Assembly: GCF_902713615.1 (NCBI RefSeq)
Contig: NW_024055453.1
Span: 124,001 to 188,000, forward strand
Direction: 5' to 3'
Source: Scyliorhinus canicula
Taxonomy: Eukaryota
Length of the DNA: 64,000 bases
Shown one piece after another: positions 35,964 to 46,790 of this stretch. The notes beneath the pieces were generated by a model, which was not told the DNA's origin, did no database searches, and was given only the letters and a program-made list of their open reading frames with translations. Position 1 is the first letter of the stretch; the number at the start of each line of letters is the position of its first letter. Made by a program: the position numbers and the translations under genes.

Positions 35964-37779
35964 GTGTGGCACCTTGTCAAAGGCTTTCTGGAAATCCAGA
36001 TATACCACATCCATTGGCTCCCTGTTATCTACTGCACTGGTAATGTCCTCAAAAAATTCCACTAAACTAGTTAGGCACGACCTGCCCTTTATGAACCCAT
36101 GCTGTGTCTGCCCAATGGGACAATTGCTATCCAGATGCCTCGCTATTTAATAAGAACTAGGAGCAGGAGTAGGCCATCTGGCCCCTCGAGCCTGCTCCTC
36201 CATTCAATTAGATCATGGCTGATCTTTTGTGGACTCAGCTCCACTTTCCGGCCCGAACACCATAACCCTTAATCCCTTTATTCTTCAAAAAACTATCTAT
36301 CTTTACCTTAAAAACATGTAATGAAGGAGCCTCAACTGCTTCACTGGGCAAGGAATTCCATAGATTCACAACCCTTTGGGTGAAGAAGTTCCTCCTAAAC
36401 TCAGTTCTAAATCTACTTCCCCTTATTTTGAGGCTATGCCCCCTAGTTCTGCTGTCACCCGCCAGTGGAAACAACCTGCCCGCATCTATCCTATCTATTC
36501 CCTTCATAATTTTAAATGTTTCTATAAGATCCCCCTCATCCTTCTAAATTCCAATGAGTACAGTCCCAGTCTACTCAACCTCTCCTCATAATCCAACCCC
36601 TTCATCTCTGGGATTAACCTAGTGAATCTCCTCTGCACACCCTCCAGCGCCAGTACGTCCTTTCTCAAGTAAGGAGACCAAAACTGAACACAATACTCCA
36701 GGTGTGGCCGCACTAACACCTTATACAATTGCAACATAACCTCCCTAGTCTTAAACTCCATCCCTCTAGCAATGAAGGACAAAATTCATTTGCCTTCTTA
36801 ATCACCTGTTGCACTTGTAAACCAACCTTCTGTGACTCATGCACTAGCACACCCAAGTCTCTCTGAACAGCGGCATGCTTTAATATTTTATCGTTTAAAT
36901 AATAATCCCGTTTGCTGTTATTCCTACCAAAATGGATAACCTCACATTTGTCAACATTGTATTCCATCTGCCAGACCCGAGCCCATTCACTTAACCTATC
37001 CAAATCCCTCTGCAGACTTCCAGTATCCTCTGCACTTTTCGCTTTACCACTCATCTTAGTGTCATCTGCAAACTTGGACACATTGCCCTTGGTCCCCAAC
37101 TCCAAATCATCAATGTAAATTGTGAACAATTGTGGGCCCAACACGGATCCCTGAGGGACACCACTAGCTACTGATTGCCAACCAGAGAAACACCCATTTA
37201 TCCCAACTCTTTGCTTTCTATTAATTAACCAATCCTCTATCCATGCTACTACTTTACCCTTAATGCCATGCATCTTTATCTTATGCAGCAACCTTTTGTG
37301 TGGCACCTTGTCAAAGGCTTTCTGGAAATCCAGATATACTACATCCATCGGCTCCCCGTTATCTACTGCACTGGTAATGTCCTCACAAAATTCCACTAAA
37401 TTAGTTAGGCACGACCTGCCTTTTACGAACCCATGCTGCGTCTGCCCAATAGGTCTTCCTTGATGATAGATTCCAGCATTTTCCCTACTACTGAAGTTAA
37501 GCTCACTGGCCTATAATTTCCTGCTCTCTGCCTACCTCCTTTTTTAAACAGTGGTGTCACGTTTGCTAATTTCCAATCCATAGGGACTATCCCAGCGTCT
37601 AGTGAATTTTGGTATATTATCACTAGTGCATTTGCAATTTCCCTAGCCATCCCTTTTAGCACTCTGGGATGCATTCCATCAGGGCCAGGAGACTTACTAA
37701 TGTAACGTAAGTGGAAACAGGCAGTCTTAGTGATAGCACAGACAGAAGTCCAAAGATGTTCAGGTTAGGTGGATTGGCC

Positions 37780-38500
37780 AAGTTCCACACGCATGGGTAC
37801 GGCCTCAACCGGGACCTTAGATTAATGTTGCATTACGTTCATGCCCTCAACATCTGGCCTGGGCTTACAAAGTCCTACCAACTGTGCTGGCTTGAGGCAA
37901 TTCACATCTCTTTAACCTGTGATTAGCCCTCTCTCCAATTGCACCATCTGGACCTGTAAAGATTTAATTACCTGCAAAAACTCGCATTCAAAGTATCATC
38001 TTGCATCATTGAATTTGTCTATATATGTTTTTTTCATAGAATTTACAGTGCAGAAAGAGACCATTCGGCCCATCGAGTCTGCACCGGCTCTTGGAAAGAG
38101 CACCCTACCCAAGGTCAACACCTCCTCCTATCCCAATAACCCCACCCAACACTAAGGGCAATTTTGGACACGAAGGGCAATTTATCATGGCCAATCCACC
38201 TAACCTGCACATCTTTGGACTGTGGGAGGAAACCGGAGCACCCGGAGAAAATCCACGCAGACACGGGGAGGATGTGCAGACTCCCACAGACAGTGACCCG
38301 AGCCGGAATCGAACCTGGGACCCTGGAGCTGTGAAGCCATTGTGCTATCCACAATGCTACCGTGCTGCCCTCTTCATTCACCTGAGGAAGGAGTTGCGCT
38401 CCAAGAGCTAGTGATGTGACACAAACCTATTGGACTTGAACCTGGTGTTATAAGACTTCTTCTGTGCCCACCCCAGGCCAATGCCGGCATCTCCACATCT
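37780..38500 (+). mobile_element. Penelope-like element 3' end (GIY-YIG ORF end plus terminal repeat), interrupted by an HE1 SINE at ~38035-38370
   Basis: KFHTHGYGLNRDLRLMLHY* (GLN.D motif ending PLE ORFs); decayed hammerhead at 38378-38414. Confidence 0.75.
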
Positions 38501-38666
38501 AGACCAGTAAAGCAGAGAACCAGGCTGAAGCTCTGGGGATCGGGGTTCCACACGGCAGATCAACTGAGCAACCCAATTCAAGGGCAATTCGAGATGGGTG
38601 TAAATGAATAATGAAAATGTCAATCATGTAACTTTTCCACACACACAAATGAATGGGCTTTGATGA

Positions 38667-38731
38667 TGTTTCTGTGCGGGTTTAAACCAAGGGCCTTTGA
38701 GCAAACTTGATAATCACTACACTACAGAAAC
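38667..38731 (-). pseudogene. tRNA-Val pseudogene lacking the anticodon loop
   Basis: Reverse complement GTTTCTGTAGTGTAGTGATTATCAAGTTTGCTCAAAGGCCCTTGGTTTAAACCCGCACAGAAACA versus tRNA-Val GTTTCCGTAGTGTAGTGGTTATCACGTTCGC...GGAAACA. Confidence 0.75.
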
Positions 38732-39984
38732 AGGAAACATCGCTTAGTGCACTGAACGAGAATAGTAAACTATGCGTCCTTATTGCCTTGAAGAACCTGC
38801 TGTTGTGGGAGTACAATTTGTCTGAAAATTAGGCAACTGGCGGAGAAATTGATCTGACATTAGAATCATAAAATGCCACAGCACATTAGAAAACCATTCA
38901 CAACTAATACCTGTGAACTCTGAAAGCGATTCCTGCCATTCTCCATCACAGAGTATTTTGCAAGGTAATGCATTTGTTTAACTATTGAACAATAAATAAC
39001 AATGATACAACTTATCTGCAAATTTTAATGTGTAACGTCAATAATGTTTCGAATAATAATAATATGGGACATTTGGTGTGTGAGGGGAACGTGATAACCA
39101 GTACACTGAAAAAACAGCTGATTGGCAATGAGCCCATTGGACTGGTGTTTGGAAAATATGTTGTGTTATCTGTAAAAGTGATAAAAGTCGAATCAAAATA
39201 TAGATTGAAAAAGAGCAAATCGATTAGTCTCAATGTCTTTCTCTTTCTGTGATCGTGAGGATTCTCTATTCCAATTATTCTTCCAATTTGCTTTTGAAAA
39301 AGGAGTTTCTGCAGAATCCTTGCTCAGTTTGATTTAATGACAATGTTCCCCATGTCCAATGACCAGAAGATTTGGACATGAAGATGGTGTAGTTTACGAA
39401 ATAAACATTATGTAATCATGCAATTGGTTTCATATTGAATTTACAAAAGTGTATTTTTCTGCTGAAGCATCTTGTCATTATTTCTGAGTTGATAACAGAA
39501 TTTAATACATTTGATCTACATCCTGTTTACAGAGTCTGTCTATTAGAGAGGGATTTGTAAAGTGTAACAAAGCCTTCTAGAGATGACTTTGCTGAAGTAG
39601 TTTACTTTATTAGATTTCAAATTAACTATGAAATGTAGACATGACCGCCCAGCAAATATCTAAGGGCGAAATGATTTCCTCTCATTCAGTAATAATATCA
39701 TTCTTATGTTCCTTTGAAAAACATCAAACAATTTTGCTCATTACTCCAAACGTGATATTATTTGATATTTATGTCCTCATCCTAAAATGTGACTCTCTGA
39801 AATATACAACATTTAATTGCAAACATGACTGACAAAATAAATCGAGTCACTGGGTAATATAAGTTCTGTTGAGTTCATTTGAGATTGCCCATGTCAGTTT
39901 TTAAACACAATCAAATATCTTCACAGGTAGGAGATTAAAGAACGATAAGTTTATTATATTTGACCCTCTTTGTTCTGGGTATGA

Positions 39985-40240
39985 AATGAGATGAGGAGAA
40001 ATTTCTTCAACCAGATAGTGGTTAGTCTGTGGAAATTCTTATCGCAGGATATAGTTGAGGCCAATACGTTCTTTGCTTTCAAGAAGCAGTTAGATATAAC
40101 ACTGAGGGCGAAAGGGATCAAAGGATATGGAGGGGAAAGCGGGATTAGGCTATGGAGTTGGATGATAAGCCATGATCATAATGAATGTCAGAGCAGGTGC
40201 GAAGGGCCAAATGGTCTCTTCCTGCTCCTATTTTCTATGT
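39985..40240 (+). mobile_element. CR1 LINE 3' fragment abutting the truncated ZNF
   Basis: RRNFFNQ.VV.LW..L...VEA; tail cctgctcctattttctatg. Confidence 0.75.
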
Positions 40241-40254
40241 AATCCCTTCACTCA

Positions 40255-41205
40255 CTAAGAGCAGGTGAACGGTCTCTCCCCAGTGTGAACTCGCTGATGT
40301 TTCTGCAAACTGGATAAAGCACGGAATCTCTGTCCACACTGAGAGCAGGTGAATGGCCTCTCCCCAGTGTGAACTCGCTGGTGTGTCTGCAGATTGAATA
40401 ATTGTGTGAACCCCTTCCCACACTGAGAGCAGGTAAATGGCCTCTCGCCAGTGTGAACTCGCTGATGTCTCCGCAGACTGGATAAATCACTGAACCCCTT
40501 CCCACACTGAGAGCAGGTGAATGGCCTCTCTCCACTGTGGACTCGCTGGTGTGTCTGCAGACTGGATAACCAAGTGAATCCCTGCCCACACTGAGAGCAG
40601 ATGAATGGCCTCTCCCCAGTGTGAACTCGCTGGTGTCTCAGCAGATTGGATAAATCATTGAATCCCTTCCCACACTGAGAGCAGGTGAATGGCCTCTCCT
40701 CAGTGTGAACTCGCTGATGTCTCCGCAGACTGGATAAGTCACTGAATCCCTTCCCACACTGAGAGCAGGTGAATGGCCTCTCTCCAGTGTGAATTCGCTG
40801 GTGTGTCCGCAGATTGGATGAATCAATGAATCCCTTCCCACACTGAGAGCAGGTGAATGGCTTCTCCCCAGTGTGAGTTCGCTGGTGTGTCTGCAGATTG
40901 AATAATTGTGTGAATCCCTTCCCACACTGAGAGCAGGTGAATGGCCTCTCCCCAGTGTGAACTCGCTGGTGTGACTGCAGACTGGATAACTGTGTGAATC
41001 CCTTCCCACACTGAGAGCAGGTAAATGGTTTCTCCCCAGTGTGAACTCGCTGGTGTGCCTGAAGGTTAGATAACTGAGTGAATCCTTTCCCACATTTAGA
41101 GCATGTGAACGGCCTCTCCCCAGTGTGAATGCGTTGATGAATCTCTAGCTTAGACGGGACTCTGAATCCCTTCCCACAGTCCCCACATTTCCACGGTTTC
41201 TCCAT
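40255..41205 (-). CDS. C2H2 zinc-finger protein, 11 homogenised fingers, 3' truncated
   Basis: MEKPWKC start; near-identical [11 protein letters not shown] repeats; finger 12 ends in TAG at the LINE junction. Confidence 0.88.
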   Translation of the reverse strand: MEKPWKCGDCGKGFRVPSKLEIHQRIHTGERPFTCSKCGKGFTQLSNLQAHQRVHTGEKPFTCSQCGKGFTQLSSLQSHQRVHTGERPFTCSQCGKGFTQLFNLQTHQRTHTGEKPFTCSQCGKGFIDSSNLRTHQRIHTGERPFTCSQCGKGFSDLSSLRRHQRVHTEERPFTCSQCGKGFNDLSNLLRHQRVHTGERPFICSQCGQGFTWLSSLQTHQRVHSGERPFTCSQCGKGFSDLSSLRRHQRVHTGERPFTCSQCGKGFTQLFNLQTHQRVHTGERPFTCSQCGQRFRALSSLQKHQRVHTGERPFTCS

Positions 41206-42177
41206 GTTTTAGGTCTCCTCGTGTCTCTCCAGATTGGACAATCAGTGGAAGCCTTGTCTACACACAGAACATGTGCACTGTCTCTCCTCACTGTGAATGG
41301 TGTGATGTTTTTTCAGACTGTGTATCTGGTTGAAGCTCTTTCCACAGTCAATTCACTGGAACTCTCTCATTCGGGTGTGTGTTGTGTGGGTCTCGGTGCT
41401 TTTCCAGTCACACTCATATTTAAAATCTTCTGAAGCCGATAGATCGGACAAACATTTCTCCTTCTCGCCGATGATATTCAGAGCCCGATGATATTCAGAT
41501 CAGAAGGAATCGAATTAGTTTGTCACATCACGTCATGATGTTTGAGATTATGTCTATAATTCCAGCTCTTCCAATATCCTTTAAAAACAATTAACAAAAG
41601 TTATCATTGTTCGTACAGGATAGAAATTCAGAACAGACAATTCTAGTTCCTATGGAATATTATTTCCCCTCTCGTTCTCCAAAAGCTGTAAATATCCATC
41701 CCACACAATCTCCCTCCATTCTCACTCTGCTGTATTTAATATTCACCCTCCCAATTCTCCTAAAGGTGCTGATTCATGTTGATTGACAGATCCAAGCTCA
41801 GCTCACTGCTTCCTGACCAGGACACAGAGATTAGAATAGGAGCAGGAGTAGGCCATTCAGCCCACCGATTCTGCTCAACCATTCAATGAGATCCTTGGCC
41901 GATCTACCTCAACACTATTTTCCCACACAATCCCCATATCCCTCAATATCTTCAACATCTAGAAACCTATCAATATTTGTCTTGAACATACTTGATGACT
42001 GAGGCTCCACATTCTTCTGGGACAGAGAATTCGAAAGCTTCACAACTTCCTGAGTGAAGAAATCCCTCCTCATCTCAGCTTTCTCTATTTTCCTGCCTGA
42101 ACCCCATAACCCTTAACTCCATTGTCCATCAAATATCTGTCGAACCCGTGTTTGAATATAATCAATGACCCCCAGAC

Positions 42178-43510
42178 TTGGAGAGGATTATAAGAGATAC
42201 GATTTATAATCATCTAGATAGGAATAATATGATTAGGGATAGTCAGCATGGTTTTGTGAAGGGTAGGTCATGCCTCACAAACCTTATCGAGTTCTTTGAG
42301 AAGGTGACTGAACAAGTAGACGAGGGTAGAGCAGTTAATGTGGTGTATATGGATTTCAGTAAAGCATTTGATAAGGTACCCCACGGTCGGCTATTGCAGA
42401 AAATACGGAGGCTGGGGATTGAGGGTGATTTAGAGATGTGGATCAGAAATTGGCTAGTTGAAAGAAGACAGAGGGTGGTAGTTGAAATGTTCAGAATAGA
42501 GTTTGGTTATGAGTGGCGTACCACAAGGATCTGTTCTGGGCCATTGCTGTTTGTCATTTTTATAAATGACCTAGAGGAGGGCACAGAAGGTTGGGTGAGT
42601 AAATTTGCAGACGACACTAAAGTCGGTGGAGTTGTAGACAGTGTGGAAGGATGTTGCAGGTTACAGAGGAACATAGATAAGCTGCAGAGCTGGGCTGAGA
42701 GGTGGCAAATGGAGTTTAATGTAGAGAAGTGTGAGGTGATTCACTTTGGAAAGAATAACAGGAATGCGGAATATTTCGCTAATGGTAAGATTCTTGGTAG
42801 TGTGGATGAGCAGAGGGATCTCGGTGTCCATGTACATAGATCCCTGAAAGTTGCCACCCAGGTTGATAGGGTTGTGAAGAAGGCCTATGGTGTGTTGGCC
42901 TTTATTGGTGGAGGGATTGAGTTCCGGAGCCATGAGGTCACGTTGCAGCTGTACAAAACTCTGGTACGGCCGCATTTGGAGTATTGCGTACAGTTCTGGT
43001 CGCCTCATTATAGGAAGGACGTGGAAGCTTTGGAACGGGTGCAGAGGAGATTTACCAGGATGTTGCCTGGTATGGAGGGAAAATCTTATGAGGAAAGACT
43101 GATGGACTTGAGGTTGTTTTCGTTAGAGAGAAGGAGGTTAAGAGGTGACTTAATAGAGGCATACAAAATGATCAGAGGGTTAGATAGGGTGGACAGTGAA
43201 AGCCTTCTCTCGCGGATGGAGGTGGCTAGCACGAGGGGACATAGCCTTAAATTGAGGGGTAATAGATATAGGACAGAGGTCAGAGGTAGGTTTTTTACGC
43301 AAAGAGTGGTGAGGCCGTGGAATGCCCTACCTGCAACAGTAGTGAACTCGCCAACATTGAGGGCATTTAAAAGGTTATTGGATAAGCATATGGATGATAA
43401 TGGCTTAGTGTAGGTTAGATGGCCTTTAGTTTTTGACTTCCCATGTCGGTGCAACATCGTGGGCCGAAGGGCCTGTACTGCGCTGTATCGTTCTATGTTC
43501 TTTGTTCTAC
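42178..43510 (+). mobile_element. Young 5'-truncated CR1 LINE (RT C-terminal half) in a ZNF intron, antisense
   Basis: 411-aa ORF with QHGFVKGRSCLTNL, YMDFSKAFDKVPH, FADD; (ttcta/tgttc)n tail. Confidence 0.92.
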
Positions 43511-44064
43511 TTGCTGCTCCCTGTGTAGAGAAAGCCAAAGACTAACCTTCAGAACATCATATTCTTTTTTACTGTCACAAGTAGGCTTACATTAACACTG
43601 CAATGAAGTTCGTGAAAAGCCCCGAGTCGCCAAATTCCGGCGCCTATTTGGGTACACAGGGAGAATTCTGAATCTCCAGATTACCAAACAGCACGTCTTT
43701 CAGGGCTTGTGTGAGGAACCGGAGCACCGGGAGGAAACCATGCAGACACGGGGAGAACGTGCAGACTCCGCACAGACAGTGACCCTAGTGGGAATCGAAC
43801 CCAGATCCCTGGCGATGTGAAGCAACAGTGCTAACCACTGTGCAACCATGCCGCTACATTAGGTATATCTCTGCCCAATGTTAATTTACTTTCCCTGAAA
43901 TGTCAACCATCTCCTGGGGAAATTAGGCCTTCAATTGGGAACATTGGGAAAGAGATCACCCTTTTAACTTGACAAACAAATGAATCAAGATGAGGGGCAC
44001 TGCAGCCTCGGTATTTTTGCAATTTCGGGCACTAGGACCTGGCCTGGAACAGACTATGAACTAT

Positions 44065-44460
44065 GAAGCGCCGCCCATTATTGACGTCACCGCAAACCCG
44101 CATGCGCACCGCTCCATCTGAATCAAGATGGCGGCCGTAAAACTAGGCCTGTTATCGGGGAAAAGACCCGAAGCTGCAAACGCAGGACCCACAGGTACGT
44201 GTTCCTGGTTTAGGGCCTTCACGCGGTGTTTAAAAACTCTCTCCCTCCAGAGCTGGTTTGATCGCTTCGTTCGGATTTCCACATCCTTACCCGCTGCCCA
44301 GGAGACAAAGAAGCGTCTCTTTCCCAGGCGCCATCACACCCCGAGCATGCTCTAACTACTCCCAGGCAATGCGCCTGCGCACTGCTGTCCTGCGGTGTCG
44401 ATAGGGGACATTCACCACCGCGGGGAATGCCGGGTAATGAATACGCCATTCATCATCCCA
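44065..44460 (-). promoter_or_regulatory. CpG-island promoter (type 2) for the 40255-41205 gene
   Basis: TGACGTCA (CRE), CGCATGCGCA (NRF1), AAGATGGCGGC (YY1), actactcccaggcaatgc and ggaatgccgggtaatg (ZNF143-like). Confidence 0.7.
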
Positions 44461-44612
44461 ATTAGTGATTAGTGATTTTTGTTTGCTATGATTTGAAGAT
44501 TGGATGGATGGGATGAAAATTATACATAAATCCAAGTGTGCAGGCAATCAATTATAAACCAGAACGAAGGGGAATATAAATTAATTTTCATTGAGGTACA
44601 ATGAAATGTGTT

Positions 44613-45237
44613 GGGCTGGACCAAGTTCCCACGCCAGCATGTAAGCGGTGGTGTTTAACGCGAGGAAAATTGGCACAAAACAGCCACCGATTCCCTGCTC
44701 CAGGGGAGGGGGAGGCGGGAGCTAGCAGGGAGGCAGCGTATAGCTCCCATCTCTAGCTTCTGATACAGCCTGGAGGATTGCCGGATCCGTGGCCACGCAT
44801 GCACAGGGTGAGACAAGCAGCGGCCTCGCTGTGCTTCAAGGCAGACTATGCCCGCAGACCCGGACCGCAAAAGTAGTATCCCCTTAGGCAGCTCGCATGC
44901 CCCGGACCTCCCCACTGCAGTACTCCCAATTGAAGCCCCCCCCCTGCTCGCGGATCGGCCCTTCCCCGACTGAATATGATGCAAGGTTGCTGAACGGCTG
45001 GGACCATGAGAATCCAACGTCGTCGCGAACTCGACCGGTCGGAGATGGAGCATTGCGGGGCGGTCCTCCGGCAATGGCTTCAGGCCATGCCGTGTGCGGC
45101 GTACTCCTCGAATACACCGATTTTCAGGGGGCAGAGCTTCCGAATACCGGTGCCAATCCCGATTTCGGCGTCAAAACAGATTCTCCGCCCCGTCACCGAA
45201 CACGATTTCCGTGTCGGGGATCGGAGAATCCAGCGCC
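44613..45237. mobile_element. GC-rich MITE-like repeat (possible PIF/Harbinger derivative)
   Basis: Ends gggctgga and tccagcgcc, internal gattctcc/ggagaatc inverted motifs, non-coding. Confidence 0.4.
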
Positions 45238-45299
45238 TTGTTCTGCGTACAATCCAGACAGATCATTCCTTAAATGAAAAACAGAGGATATACAACAGA

Positions 45300-45790
45300 T
45301 ACACAATGTAAATACATAGACACAAATATCGGATGAAGCATACGGAGTGCAGCATTATTCAGTCGAGAAGTTCATGGAGAGATCAGATCAGTCCATAAGA
45401 GGGTCATTCAGGAGTGTGATAACAGCGTTCAAGAAGCTGTTTTGGATCTGTTAATGCGTGATCTCAGACCTTTGTGTCTCCTGTCCGATGGGAGGAGTCT
45501 TTGATTAGCTGCCCACTTTCCCAAGACAGTGGGGGATGTAGACGGAATCAATGGATGGGAGGCGGGTTTGCGTGATTGACTGGGTTGTGTTCATGGATCT
45601 CTGTAGTTTCTGATGGTCTTGTGCTGAGCAGTTGTCACAGCAGGCTGTGACGCAGCCAGGAGGATGTTTTCTATGCAGCATCTGTAAAAACCGGTAAGAG
45701 TCAACATGGACATGCTGAATTTCCAGAGTTTCCTCAGAAAGTATAGGCGCTGTTATGCTTTCTTGGTCGTAGCATCGATGTAGGAAACCA
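45300..45790 (-). mobile_element. Rex1/Babar LINE fragment
   Basis: NCSAQDHQKLQRSMNTTQSIT..LPSI; homologous to 57100-57570. Confidence 0.65.
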
Positions 45791-45939
45791 TATCCATCTA
45801 ATATTGGAAAATAGATATCTAATGAGAGGGAAATCAATTTGTGTATCCTTTTAAGTGTAGCCAATCCACCTACCCTGCACATCTTTGGGTTGTGGCATCA
45901 GACCCACACAGACACGGGGAGAATAATTTATGTATCCTA

Positions 45940-46790
45940 AAATATAGATAGATTGGAGAGTTGGGCAGAGAAATGGCAGATGGAGTTCAATCCAGGCAAA
46001 TGCGAGGTGATGCATTTTGGAAGATCAAATTCAAGAGCGGACTATATGGTCAATGGAAGGATCTTGGGGAAAATTGATGTGCAGAAAGATCTGGGAGTTC
46101 AGGCCCATTGTCCCCTGAAGGTGGCAACGCAGGTTGATAGAGTGGTCAAGAAGGCATACAGCATGCTTGCCTTCATCGGACGGGGTATTGAGTACAAGAG
46201 TTGGCAGCTCATGTTACAGTTGTATAGGACTTTGGTTCGGCCACGTTTGGAATACTGCGTGCAGTTCTGGTCGCCACATTACCAGAAGGATGTGGATGCC
46301 TTGGAGAGGTTGCAGAGGAGGTTCACCAGGATGTTGCTTGGTATGGAGGGTGCTAGCTATGAAGAAAGGTTGAGTAGATTAGGATTGTTTTCGTTGGAAA
46401 GACGGAGGTTGAGGGGGGACCTGATTGAGGTCTACAAAATTATGAGAGGTATGGACAGGGTGGACAGAAACAAGCTTTTCCCAAGAGTCGGGGTGTCAGT
46501 TACAAGGGGTCACGATTTCAAGGTGAGAGGGGGAAAGTTTAAGGGAGATGTGCGTGGAAAGTTTTCTACGCAGAGGGTGGTGGGTGCCTGGAACGCTTTA
46601 CCAACGGAGGTGGTAGAGGCGGGCACGATATCATCATTTAAGAAGCGTCTAGACAGGTATATGAATGGGCGGGAACAGAGGGAAGTAGACCTTGGAAAAG
46701 AGGAGACAGGTTTAGATAAAGGATCTGGATCGGCGCAGACTGGGAGGGCCGAAGGGCCTGTTCCTGTGCTGTAATTTTCTTTGTTCTTTA
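45940..46790 (+). mobile_element. CR1 LINE 3' fragment
   Basis: WAEKWQMEFN..KCEVMHFG, RPRLEYCVQFWSP, TRGH; gggccgaagggcctgttcctgtgctgt tail. Confidence 0.9.

Larger units (their letters stand above)
34148..37697 (-). mobile_element. Two same-family CR1 LINE copies (second starts at ~36149) with three SINEs in the first
   Basis: YLDFQKAFDKVPH, PQGSVLGP, FADD, RPHLEYCVQFWSP, RTRGHSLK; 3' tail taagaact.ggagcaggagtagg at 34148 and 36151. Confidence 0.92.

Noticed and set aside
38780-39960. AT-rich block as a transposase or gene remnant
   Set aside because: No TIRs, TSD or protein motif recognised.
40248-41093. Alternative-frame ORFs over finger arrays ([10 protein letters not shown] and [13 protein letters not shown] repeats; also 52849, 61971)
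   Set aside because: Shadow frames expected from repeated C2H2 codons.
40255-41205. Naming the genes PRDM9 or a specific human ZNF
   Set aside because: No PR/SET, KRAB or SSXRD exon is seen, and orthology cannot be inferred from generic fingers.
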